DNA of 64,000 nt from Bacteroidales bacterium. GTDB lineage: Bacteria > Bacteroidota > Bacteroidia > Bacteroidales > P3. Positions 52,453 through 61,236 of the stretch are shown here, in pieces. The stretch lies in NCBI GenBank assembly GCA_045597945.1, contig JAZLLD010000055.1:1985-65984 (forward strand), given 5' to 3'. The position numbers and the translations under genes were made by a program. The stretch's first letter is position 1. Every line of letters starts with the position of its first letter. Under the pieces are notes generated by a model. That model was not told the origin of the DNA and did no database searches. It saw nothing but the letters and a program-made list of their open reading frames with translations.

Positions 52453-53770
52453 TGTGACAACTTTTAAATTCTTCAATTAGCAAATAGAGCTTCTCGTTCT
52501 TCTCATACAGTGCCTTTTCCCTTTCAAAAAAATCTCTCCGAATTCCGTCTAAAGTTGAATCATAGAATGGCAACCTTTTGATTATATTTTTAGCTTCGGC
52601 TAAAAAGAATGTTGGCGAAGTAGCCTGGTTAATCATCAGAACGATACCCATTTCCGAGGCATTGTCCATCAACGACTGCTTGTTGGCCTTGCTCTTCTCA
52701 TATCTGAGTTGCGAAACCATGCGAGTAATGCAAGTTAGTGCCTCAGACAAATACTGGTTTCCAAATTTTAAATAGTAAGCAAACAAAAAGGTTGATATTA
52801 CATCGCCATACCACCAATGTGTCCGCACCTTATGCTCTATATTCTCACCCGCTATATCCCTCTTGCCTGAACACGAAATTGTTTCCCATAATATGGCAAA
52901 TTGTTCAGTTTGAATATACTGCCCATATCGCTGAATAAAAGTGTCCACAAAAAAGAAAAAATGCGTGCCCCCTTGGATTGGATCCATGAATTCAAACTTT
53001 TCTCCAAAAGGGGGAATTGCGGTAATAATTGGGGCGGCTTCAAACTCAGTCTTTACTCGGTTAATTTCTTTTACATACCAGTATTGGCGGCGTGTCCATT
53101 TTCTCAAACAATATAAATAGATGCCCAATGTAGTCGACACGCTGCCATCGCCCCCTTCACGCTCACTCCGAACCAACAAATCATCCCACTTCTTAGCCAA
53201 ATGCCGCTGCTGCTGTTCATAGTTCTCTGGAATATACCGCAGATGGTGCGACTTCAGCAATTCATAGTCTGTCAACGACTTCCCTCGAGAATTTTGTGTT
53301 GAGAAAAAGGTGTAGGCCAAATCTATTGACGAATCTTGCAGCGTCAGCACATCAAAACTGACATACTCTTTAATCTGCTGGGATGCTTCTCGCTTTTTGT
53401 CTTGATTAGGAAAGTATCTTTCAATATAATTTTCAACCAAATACCTATTATATCCGATATAATTCTGAGCTTCAACAGAATCAAATTTCTCATTAAGTAA
53501 AGGAATTTCAGTGTCGCCCAATGCACGCAGTATTATGGCCAAAGTTACCAACCTCTGCTGACCATCAATAATATCAAACGCACCATCCTTGAATTGAAAA
53601 ATAACGGTTCCCAAGTGGTATTTGTGCCCTCTCGGCACAAATATATCATCTAGCAATAACTCAACATTCTTCTGTGGCCAACAATAAATACGCTGATACG
53701 AAGGAATACGCAAATTGCGCTCCATGAGTTCACCCAATAGCAGATTTTCCAGAATAACCTGTTCTTGCAT
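52436..53770 (-). CDS. DUF262-domain protein (no recognisable nuclease domain)
   Basis: RIPSYQRIYCWPQKNVELLLDDI and IIDGQQRLVTL motifs. Start trimmed to ATG 53770 (MQEQVILE) because the listed start overlaps the promoter box. Its 3' end overlaps the next gene by 17 nt. Confidence 0.8.
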   Translation of the reverse strand: MQEQVILENLLLGELMERNLRIPSYQRIYCWPQKNVELLLDDIFVPRGHKYHLGTVIFQFKDGAFDIIDGQQRLVTLAIILRALGDTEIPLLNEKFDSVEAQNYIGYNRYLVENYIERYFPNQDKKREASQQIKEYVSFDVLTLQDSSIDLAYTFFSTQNSRGKSLTDYELLKSHHLRYIPENYEQQQRHLAKKWDDLLVRSEREGGDGSVSTTLGIYLYCLRKWTRRQYWYVKEINRVKTEFEAAPIITAIPPFGEKFEFMDPIQGGTHFFFFVDTFIQRYGQYIQTEQFAILWETISCSGKRDIAGENIEHKVRTHWWYGDVISTFLFAYYLKFGNQYLSEALTCITRMVSQLRYEKSKANKQSLMDNASEMGIVLMINQATSPTFFLAEAKNIIKRLPFYDSTLDGIRRDFFEREKALYEKNEKLYLLIEEFKSCHNVEKQ

Positions 53771-53800
53771 AACAATTACATGTATTGTGTAAATTTTTTG

Positions 53801-53808
53801 CAAAGATA
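53801..53808 (-). promoter_or_regulatory. -7 box (TAtcTTTG) of the DUF262 operon
   Basis: Plus strand caaagata within ttgcaaagatacaac, 31 nt upstream of ATG 53770. Confidence 0.5.
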
Positions 53809-53826
53809 CAACTTTTTACTCAATTC

Positions 53827-54228
53827 CTAGGACTTTTTTTTCAATTGCTTTGCCTTATGGGGGTTGGATTGGTCTTCTTCGTTCTTCAGAATGTTGATTT
53901 TCAGGTGGATTTGGCCTTCGTAGTGGGCTTCGGGACAGATGCGGCCAATTGTGCAGCGGAAGATTCTTCCCCAGCCCATATCAAGCATGGCGGCCAAGGT
54001 GGAATTCTCGTTGCGAGGTATGTAGCCGAGATGCACCAGCTCGCCCTCGCCTTCCTCAAACTCACGGCGATACATGACCGCCACGGCATCGTTGTCATAA
54101 CGGTTGTCCAAGTCGCGCTGAAGTTCCAAACGAGTGCCCACTTTCAACTCCGAGAACACTTCATCGAGGTCGTAATACATTGCTCCAGCCAAATGGCATT
54201 CCTTGTAAAACAATTTGTTAGATTCCAT
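53827..54228 (-). CDS. HIRAN-domain protein
   Basis: 133 aa from ATG 54228; the listed start at 54264 is TTG inside the promoter region. LAGAMYYDLD...GTRLELQRDLDNRYDNDAVAVMY...LGYIPRNENSTLAAMLD matches the HIRAN signature. Confidence 0.8.
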   Translation of the reverse strand: MESNKLFYKECHLAGAMYYDLDEVFSELKVGTRLELQRDLDNRYDNDAVAVMYRREFEEGEGELVHLGYIPRNENSTLAAMLDMGWGRIFRCTIGRICPEAHYEGQIHLKINILKNEEDQSNPHKAKQLKKKS

Positions 54229-54432
54229 AATTGCAAGTTTTTTGTTGTTATTTTCAGATTGCAAAATTACAGGCCGCCTGTTTCAAATCGTGATACACCC
54301 CGGAAAATAAAATCATAAAAAATGTTAACAGCAAACAAGCCCAACCATTTTTTCAACTCAAAAAACAAAATGGCAGACTAGAAAATCACACATTCCACAT
54401 CTGCACAAACCCACCGCACTCCCGCTGTAAGC

Positions 54433-54568
54433 CCGTTCCTTATCCTATATTTATACCTTATTTATTCTATAGTTATCCTATATATAATAGTATAACTAAG
54501 GTATAAATATAGTATAACTATAGGATAAGTGGTGGAGGTACGGCGGAGTTGTGGGCGATTTGATGGTG
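54433..54568. repeat. 11-bp-module quasi-palindromic element, copy C
   Basis: Reads ccgttccttat cctatatttat accttatttat tctatagttat cctatatataa tagtataa ctaaggtataa atatagtataa ctataggataa, then aggtacggcgg agttgtgggcg atttgatggtg. Confidence 0.8.
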
Positions 54569-54818
54569 ACGGGGAGTTGGATTCTGGGCTGGAGATTGTG
54601 GTCTTGAAGAGTTTTCCGCGGAGAGGAAAAGGCTTTGTGGAAGGGCGATTGCGATGGGTTTCTAGCGATTAGAAAAATGCTGTTGCCGGCTGGCCGCGTG
54701 GACCAAAAATAGAGGCAGAATTCGTGTTATTGATGCTAAAAATAAATAATATTGATTATATTTTTATTTATGTCATTTTTTTTTCGTATTTTTGCATATT
54801 TGAAATAACGACTGAAAA

Positions 54819-55244
54819 ATGGGAAGAATACTCGCAATCGACTATGGCATAAAGCGTACTGGCATTGCCGTCACCGACCCTAACCGCATAATTGCGACTG
54901 GATTGACCACGGTAAACACCCCTACTCTGCTGCAATTCCTCCAGGACTACTGCCGCCAGGAGGCTGTGGACACGTTTTTGGTTGGTGAGGCCAAACACTT
55001 GGACAACACGCCTTCGGAATCGATGAAATACATCGAGCCTTTTGTGCAGAAACTGGCCCAGGCGTTCCCCGACAAGGAGATTGCACGGATAGATGAGCGC
55101 TTCACCTCCAAGATGGCTTTCCAGGCCATGATTGATGGCGGACTGAAGAAGAAGCAGCGCCAGAACAAGGGCATGATAGACCAGGTGAGCGCCACCATCA
55201 TGCTGCAGAACTATATGGACAGTATGGCTTTCAAAACTAGATAA
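54819..55244 (+). CDS. ruvX: Holliday junction resolvase-like protein YqgF/RuvX
   Basis: 141 aa. ILAIDYGIKRTGIAVTD start typical of RuvX. Confidence 0.9.
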   Translation: MGRILAIDYGIKRTGIAVTDPNRIIATGLTTVNTPTLLQFLQDYCRQEAVDTFLVGEAKHLDNTPSESMKYIEPFVQKLAQAFPDKEIARIDERFTSKMAFQAMIDGGLKKKQRQNKGMIDQVSATIMLQNYMDSMAFKTR

Positions 55245-55271
55245 CACAACGAATTAATAATAAGATTTACA

Positions 55272-55835
55272 ATGATATATCCAATTATCGGCCTCGGCCA
55301 CCCCACCCTGCGCAAGGTTGCGCAACCCATTGATAAAGACTACCCTGAACTGGAGAAACTTATCGCCGACATGTATGAGACCATGTATGCCGCCGATGGT
55401 GTTGGCCTGGCCGCACCTCAGATCGACTTGAACATCCGCCTCGTGGTTATCGGTTTCCGCCCCTATGACGAGAAGACCGACACCTACGGTCCTGTTAGCG
55501 AAGAACATACGCTCATCAATCCTGAGATTCTGGAGTTTGTGGGCGAGAAGGAGTATTTCAACGAGGGCTGCCTGAGTGTGCCCGGCATCCATGAGGATGT
55601 GCTCCGCACCGAGGGCGTCCGCGTGCGCTGGTACGATGAAAAATGGCAGCTCCACGAGGAGGAACTGCACGGCATGTTCGCCCGCGTGGCACAGCACGAA
55701 ATCGACCACCTGGAGGGCAAGGTGTTCACCGACCGCCTGAGCACTCTGCGCAAGACCATGATTAAGCGCAAGATAGCCGACGTCGTGGCCGGGCGCTACC
55801 GCACCACCTACCGCATGAAAGCAAATAAAAAATAA
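55272..55835 (+). CDS. def: peptide deformylase
   Basis: 187 aa. GVGLAAPQI, EGCLSVPG and QHEIDHLEG motifs. Confidence 0.95.
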   Translation: MIYPIIGLGHPTLRKVAQPIDKDYPELEKLIADMYETMYAADGVGLAAPQIDLNIRLVVIGFRPYDEKTDTYGPVSEEHTLINPEILEFVGEKEYFNEGCLSVPGIHEDVLRTEGVRVRWYDEKWQLHEEELHGMFARVAQHEIDHLEGKVFTDRLSTLRKTMIKRKIADVVAGRYRTTYRMKANKK

Positions 55836-55864
55836 CATCACAACTACCTATTTATCTTTTTAAG

Positions 55865-56392
55865 ATGAAGAAAATCTTTTTTACTCTTATCATCGCCTCC
55901 GCAATGCTCGTGGCTTGCGGTCCCAACCGTGAGGAAAGAATCAATCAGATTGAAGACTTTGAGGACTCGGTCTTTGAGGCCGCTATAGGTGCCGACCCCG
56001 CTGTGGCCGACCAACTGACTAAGATGTATGTCGATTTTGCCGACAAATATTCAACCGACACCCTCGCCCCCGAATTTCTGATGAAAGCCGGTGAGGTTCA
56101 GAGCAATGTGCTGCACACCGAGCGCGCTATCGAACTCCTCGACCGCGTTATCAACAACTATCCCGACTTTGAGGATGTGCCCATGTGCTACTTCTTGAAA
56201 GGCAACGCCTACGACCTGAACTGCCAATACGACAAGGCCAAAGTTGCCTACCAAGAGTTTGTTGACAAGTATCCCGACCATTTTATGGCTGAGCAGACCC
56301 GCAAGATGCTGCCCCGCATCGGCATGACTCCCGAGCAGATGCTGGAAGATATCTTGGCATCCGCCAGCGACTCAATTATCGCAACTAACTAA
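55865..56392 (+). CDS. TPR-like lipoprotein
   Basis: 175 aa. Lipobox LVAC. YbgF-like TPR segment (GNAYDLNCQYDKAKVAYQEFVDKYPDH). Confidence 0.55.
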   Translation: MKKIFFTLIIASAMLVACGPNREERINQIEDFEDSVFEAAIGADPAVADQLTKMYVDFADKYSTDTLAPEFLMKAGEVQSNVLHTERAIELLDRVINNYPDFEDVPMCYFLKGNAYDLNCQYDKAKVAYQEFVDKYPDHFMAEQTRKMLPRIGMTPEQMLEDILASASDSIIATN

Positions 56393-56407
56393 TTTCCAAC
56401 CTACAAT

Positions 56408-58231
56408 ATGGACATTATCAACATACTCCCCGATAGCGTTGCCAACCAGATTGCTGCTGGCGAGGTAGTGGACCGCCCTGCATCGGCAGTCAAGGAGTTG
56501 TTGGAAAATGCCCTGGACGCCGGGGCATCAAAGATACAGTTGATCATCAAGGATGCCGGACGCACTCTGATACAAGTGATTGACAATGGATGCGGCATGA
56601 GCGACAGCGACGCAAGGCTTTGCTTTGAGCGCCATGCCACTTCCAAAATCCATAAGGCCGACGATCTTTTTGCCATCCACACTATGGGCTTCCGCGGCGA
56701 GGCACTGGCCTCTATTGCCGCCATCGCCCAGGTGGAACTGAAGACCCGCCAGCACGACAAGGAGCTGGGCACGCAGGTGCTGATTGAGGCCTGCGACATC
56801 AAGGAACAGAATTCTTGCAGCTGCGCCGTGGGCACTTCGCTGAGCATTAAGAATCTTTTCTACAATGTTCCGGCAAGACGTAACTTCCTGAAAAAAGATA
56901 GTGTTGAGCTGAGTCATATCGAGGAAATCTTTAAGCGCGTGGCGCTGATTAACTACAATATCGATTACACTTTCCACAACAACGGCAAGGTGCTCTACGA
57001 CTTGCACTCAGGCAATTTTGCCGAGCGCATCAGCCAAATCTTTGGCCATAGCTATCGCGAGCGACTCTACCATGTGGAAGAAGACACCGATATCGTGAAG
57101 ATTCACGGATATGTCTCGAAGCCCGAGTTTGCCCGCAAGTCGCGCGGAGAGCAATACTTGTTTGTAAACCACCGTTTTATCAAGCATCCTGCCCTCAGCG
57201 CCGCAGTTGAAAAGGCCTACAGCGATGTGATTCCGGACCGCTACTATCCCAGCTATTTCCTCCATCTGGAAGTCGACCCCTCGCGCATCGACATCAACAT
57301 CCACCCCACCAAGACCGAGGTGAAGTTTATCGATGAGCATTCGCTGTTTGCCATCCTCAGGGCTGCAACAAAGAAAGCTTTAGGTCAATTCAGCCTGGCT
57401 GCCGAGCTGGAATTCAATCCGATAGAGGAAGTGAACTTCCCGCCCATTCCCACGGGATATGTGCCAAAAGCTCCGGAGGTAAAGTACGACCCCGACTACA
57501 ATCCGTTCAAGTCTACTGCGCCAAAATCAAAGGGTTACAGCTATCCGTCCGGCGACAGCAAGCCTAAGTCATCGCAATGGACGTCATTCTTCGACTTAAA
57601 GTCGGAACCCGACCCTGAAGTCCAGATGACCGCAGAACCCGAGCAACTCACAATGGAGCAAATGTCCATGCCACAGCCCGCCCGCGAGAATCCGTGCATG
57701 CAGGTGCAGAACCACTACATTATCAGCACTATGCCTTCCGGTCTGTTGATTGTAGACCAGCAGGCCGCGCACGAAAGAGTGCTCTTTGAGCGACTCAGCA
57801 AGCGTAAACTCAGCGCCAATGCCCAGCAACTGCTGTTTCCGGTCAACTGCCAATTCTCTCCTGCCGACTCGGAGATTTTCAACGAAATAATGCCCGAGCT
57901 GAAAGAATATGGCTTTGAAATAGGGTCAATTGGCCAGACCACTTTTGTGGTGTCAGCCACCCCTCCCGATGTGAAAGAAGGCGAACTCCAGCAGATATTC
58001 GACCAAATGATTGTGGAGTACAAAGGCTCTATGATTCAGAAGTTTGCCGACCGCAATCAATGCCTCTGCCGCTCGCTGGCTCGCCATACTGCGGTGAAAG
58101 TTGGCACCGTGCTGCAGCAAGCCGAAATGCAACAGCTGATTGCCGACTTGTTCTGCTGCCAGATGCCCAGCATGAGCCCTTCTGGAAAGAAAACAATGGT
58201 CATTGTTCAGCCCGAAACCCTACTACAGTAA
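56408..58231 (+). CDS. mutL: DNA mismatch repair protein MutL
   Basis: 607 aa. IAAGEVVDRPASAVKELLENALDAG, DNGCGM and GFRGEAL motifs. Confidence 0.95.
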   Translation: MDIINILPDSVANQIAAGEVVDRPASAVKELLENALDAGASKIQLIIKDAGRTLIQVIDNGCGMSDSDARLCFERHATSKIHKADDLFAIHTMGFRGEALASIAAIAQVELKTRQHDKELGTQVLIEACDIKEQNSCSCAVGTSLSIKNLFYNVPARRNFLKKDSVELSHIEEIFKRVALINYNIDYTFHNNGKVLYDLHSGNFAERISQIFGHSYRERLYHVEEDTDIVKIHGYVSKPEFARKSRGEQYLFVNHRFIKHPALSAAVEKAYSDVIPDRYYPSYFLHLEVDPSRIDINIHPTKTEVKFIDEHSLFAILRAATKKALGQFSLAAELEFNPIEEVNFPPIPTGYVPKAPEVKYDPDYNPFKSTAPKSKGYSYPSGDSKPKSSQWTSFFDLKSEPDPEVQMTAEPEQLTMEQMSMPQPARENPCMQVQNHYIISTMPSGLLIVDQQAAHERVLFERLSKRKLSANAQQLLFPVNCQFSPADSEIFNEIMPELKEYGFEIGSIGQTTFVVSATPPDVKEGELQQIFDQMIVEYKGSMIQKFADRNQCLCRSLARHTAVKVGTVLQQAEMQQLIADLFCCQMPSMSPSGKKTMVIVQPETLLQ

Positions 58232-58256
58232 TTATCAGTCAAATAATTAAACAACT

Positions 58257-58865
58257 ATGTCCGATTATTCACCTCAGAGCTTCAAGATGCTGCCTCCAGT
58301 CATCAAGAATTTGCTCATCATCAATCTAATCTTTTTCCTGGCCACGATGGTCCTGGAACGCAACGGTCTGTACGTCATCACCAACGCACTGGCTTTGAAT
58401 CCTATTGGCTCAGGTCGATTCCAACTTTGGCAGCCCCTCACCTACATGTTCATGCATGCCGGTTGGTCACATCTGCTGTTCAATATGTTTGCGCTCTGGA
58501 TGTTTGGCTATGTGCTTGAGAATTTTTGGGGTAGCCGCCGCTTCTTATTCTATTATATCGTCTGCGGACTCGGTGCGGCCATCTGCAAGCTGCTCGTTTC
58601 TGGCTGGGGTATCACCGTGGGTGCTTCCGGCGCAGTGTATGGCATTTTGCTTGCATTCGGAATGATGTTCCCCAACGAGCGTATCTATCTGTATCTCATT
58701 ATGCCCATCAAAGCCAAATGGTTTGTGATTGGTTATGCCGCCCTCGAACTCATCGAAGGTCTGCTTTACAACGATGGCATCGCCCATTTCGCTCACCTAG
58801 GCGGCATGCTCTTCGGTCTGCTGCTTATCCTTTACTGGCGCAAACATCCATTCTCAAGATTCTAG
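58257..58865 (+). CDS. rhomboid-family intramembrane serine protease
   Basis: 202 aa. GASGAVYG catalytic Ser motif and AHLGG His motif, multiple TM segments. Confidence 0.85.
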   Translation: MSDYSPQSFKMLPPVIKNLLIINLIFFLATMVLERNGLYVITNALALNPIGSGRFQLWQPLTYMFMHAGWSHLLFNMFALWMFGYVLENFWGSRRFLFYYIVCGLGAAICKLLVSGWGITVGASGAVYGILLAFGMMFPNERIYLYLIMPIKAKWFVIGYAALELIEGLLYNDGIAHFAHLGGMLFGLLLILYWRKHPFSRF

Positions 58866-58868
58866 ATT

Positions 58869-59444
58869 ATGAAGGTGCTTATCCTCAACGCCAGCCCCCG
58901 CACAGGAGGCAACATCCATCAGATGTTGGACACTATCCAAGGTCAACTATCACTTCAAGGTTGCGACATCAAAAGAGTGGATACCAACCAACTAAACATT
59001 CATCCATGTATGGCATGTATGAAGTGCCGATCCACTCATCAGTGTGTATTGCCAGAAGATGACGCACAACGGATGCTGGAACTTTTCCGCTGGTGCGATG
59101 CCGTGGTGATTGGCGCCCCCTGCTACTGGGGCAATATGCCCGGAACACTCAAACTGATGTTCGACCGCATAGTATATGGTATGATGGGCGAGAACAAGAT
59201 GGCCGTGCCTATCGGACTGCACAAAGGCAAGAAATGCATACTCGTGTCCTCATCCAGCACTTTCTGGCCAGCCAACATTTTGTTCCACCAAACTCGCGGT
59301 GTTGTGAATGCGCTGAAAGAGATATTGGGATGGAGTGGCTTTAAAATAGTGGCAACCATTGAGAAAGGCGGCACATTCAATCATCCCGAATTCACAGAAC
59401 GCAACAGAAGACGGTGCATCAGAGCCGCGAAGAAACTGCACTAA
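58869..59444 (+). CDS. flavodoxin-like fold NAD(P)H-dependent oxidoreductase / iron-sulfur flavoprotein-like
   Basis: 191 aa. MKVLILNASPR start, CMACMKC Cys motif, GAPCYWGNMPG. Confidence 0.7.
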   Translation: MKVLILNASPRTGGNIHQMLDTIQGQLSLQGCDIKRVDTNQLNIHPCMACMKCRSTHQCVLPEDDAQRMLELFRWCDAVVIGAPCYWGNMPGTLKLMFDRIVYGMMGENKMAVPIGLHKGKKCILVSSSSTFWPANILFHQTRGVVNALKEILGWSGFKIVATIEKGGTFNHPEFTERNRRRCIRAAKKLH

Positions 59445-59487
59445 GTGATAACCTAAAGGGCTGCCGAATGGTAGCCCTTCATTATTT

Positions 59488-60072
59488 CTATCGTATATGC
59501 GTAATCTTGTGAGTCTGAAGTGATAATCTCCATTGCGGGTGCGATTTGCAATATTCAATGGCCTGCACCACATTTCGTTGAGTTGCTTCCGCATTTCCAA
59601 AAACGTCAATTGGTTGCAGACAGAACACCTCAGCATCAAAAGAGGCCCATCGTTGAGGATCATCACTTCCCTCACCAAACAGCAGCTTGATTTCCTGACA
59701 CTTATCCACCACCACTTGTGCCACTTTAGGAGAAATAGTAACCCAGTCTACCCCTTGAGGGATTGGCCGAGAGCCATTCGTCTCCATGTGAACTCTATAA
59801 CCTTGGAAAGCACAGCTAATCAGATCCTCAGTCACTTGCAAAGTAGGTTCGCCGCCAGTGAGGCAGACTCTTTGGCATGGATACTGACTGATTTCGTTGC
59901 GGATATCCTGAGACGTCATCAACCGAAAATCCTCATGCTGCGTGTCGCAAAAAGGACACTGCAGATTGCACCCTGAAAAACGCACAAACACCATCGGCAC
60001 TCCTGCCCATGCGCCCTCACCCTGCAATGAATAAAAGATTTCGTTGATGCGGTATTGCTTGACTTCCATCAT
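59488..60072 (-). CDS. queE: 7-carboxy-7-deazaguanine synthase (radical SAM)
   Basis: EIFYSLQGEG and CNLQCPFCDT motifs. Start trimmed to ATG 60072, directly after the queD stop (60074-60076). Confidence 0.9.
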   Translation of the reverse strand: MMEVKQYRINEIFYSLQGEGAWAGVPMVFVRFSGCNLQCPFCDTQHEDFRLMTSQDIRNEISQYPCQRVCLTGGEPTLQVTEDLISCAFQGYRVHMETNGSRPIPQGVDWVTISPKVAQVVVDKCQEIKLLFGEGSDDPQRWASFDAEVFCLQPIDVFGNAEATQRNVVQAIEYCKSHPQWRLSLQTHKITHIR

Positions 60073-60073
60073 T

Positions 60074-60400
60074 TTATTTTTCGTAAATTGCAGTATTACC
60101 TGATGATTCTTGAACACTTACCTTATAGCAATTCGGCACACGCTGACAAATCCAATAAGCGATGTTTTCTGCCGTAGGATTACAATCCATCAAGTCGTTC
60201 AAATTAGTGTGGTCCAGTTGCTTCACCACTTCGGAAATATGAGAAAAATCCACAACCATTCCATTCTTATCCAACTGCTCCGACTTGCAGAAGACCTCAA
60301 TCACCCAGTTGTGGCCATGAAGATTTGCACACTTGCTATCATAGTCGAGATTCAGGTGGTGAGCCCCTGAAATCTCTATCTTTTTGCTAATATAATACAT
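60074..60400 (-). CDS. queD: 6-carboxytetrahydropterin synthase
   Basis: Start at ATG 60400 (MYYISKKIEISGAHHL); the listed longer ORF would overlap queC by 80 nt. HGHNW motif. Confidence 0.9.
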   Translation of the reverse strand: MYYISKKIEISGAHHLNLDYDSKCANLHGHNWVIEVFCKSEQLDKNGMVVDFSHISEVVKQLDHTNLNDLMDCNPTAENIAYWICQRVPNCYKVSVQESSGNTAIYEK

Positions 60401-60404
60401 CTTG

Positions 60405-61058
60405 TTATGCTTGATAAACCGTATTGTCTTGAATTCCAGCGTCAGCCATTGCCTGCTTACGCTCGCGGCAGGTGGCGCAGACACCGCAATGGGTCTCTTG
60501 GCCTTTGTAGCAACTCCATGTTAGAGAATAATCTAGGCCCAACTCAGCACCAATCTTGGCAATATCCGACTTGGAAAGTCCGGTATAGGGTGCAAAAACA
60601 CAGACTTCAGCATCGGTTCCGGCACTGATGGCGGCATCCATGGCCGAGATAAATCCCGGACGGCAATCGGGATAAGTGGCGTGATCGCCTCCATGATTGG
60701 CAATCATCACTCCTTTCAACCCACGGCTATTGGCCAGTCCGGCGGCAATAGACAGCATGATGCCATTGCGGAAAGGCACGACAGTCGATTTGATATTCTC
60801 CTCGGCATAGTCGGCTTCGGGAATAGCTTCCGCGCCCTCTAGCAGCGATGACTTAAAGTGCTGAGCCATAAACCCTAGGTCAATGACCACATGCGCTATG
60901 CCCAACTGTTGGCAATGCAAGGCGGCAAAAGCAAGTTCTTTGGCATTGTGGTTAGCCCCGTAGTTAAAAGAGAGGGCCAACGCAATCTCATTTTGATAGT
61001 GGTAAAGCATGGTTACTGAGTCCATGCCACCCGACAGGATAAGCAGTTTATCTTTCAT
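60405..61058 (-). CDS. queC: 7-cyano-7-deazaguanine synthase
   Basis: 217 aa. LSGGMDS PP-loop. C-terminal CGVCATCRERK zinc motif. Confidence 0.95.
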   Translation of the reverse strand: MKDKLLILSGGMDSVTMLYHYQNEIALALSFNYGANHNAKELAFAALHCQQLGIAHVVIDLGFMAQHFKSSLLEGAEAIPEADYAEENIKSTVVPFRNGIMLSIAAGLANSRGLKGVMIANHGGDHATYPDCRPGFISAMDAAISAGTDAEVCVFAPYTGLSKSDIAKIGAELGLDYSLTWSCYKGQETHCGVCATCRERKQAMADAGIQDNTVYQA

Positions 61059-61123
61059 TAATTCTTGTTTTTAAAGTGGTTAGCAAGCACACTCGGGATA
61101 CTCTCCCCTTACTTTTCAGTTTG

Positions 61124-61131
61124 CAAAGATA
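61124..61131 (-). promoter_or_regulatory. -7 box (TAtcTTTG) of queCDE
   Basis: Plus strand caaagata within ttgcaaagatacaac, about 66 nt upstream of the queC ATG. Confidence 0.45.
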
Positions 61132-61154
61132 CAACTTTTTTCGGAATTACAAAC

Positions 61155-61190
61155 AAAAAAGTGGCCGACAGCTCTCGGCCACTTTTTATT
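61155..61190 (-). terminator. terminator of the 61237-61746 gene
   Basis: aagtggccga...tcggccactt hairpin with flanking A/T runs. Confidence 0.65.
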
Positions 61191-61236
61191 TATGATTTAT
61201 GCCTAATGGGAGAAATCATTGATATTCATATTGCTA

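Noticed and set aside
53771-53803. N-terminal extensions given by the ORF track for the DUF262 gene (start 53803), DUF362 gene (49459), HIRAN gene (54264, TTG), GmrSD-like gene (52476, TTG), queD (60484), queE (60117) and ribE (27810).
   Set aside because: The extensions overlap TAnnTTTG promoter boxes or upstream genes, or begin with TTG. Internal ATGs give canonical family N-termini (MFTGIIEE for ribE, MYYISKK...GAHHL for queD).
61059-61125. preQ1 riboswitch in the queC leader.
   Set aside because: There is only a weak gggg...tccc hairpin, and the A-rich tract lies about 22 nt away. This does not fit the compact preQ1-I/II architectures as I recall them. It needs an Infernal scan to exclude formally.
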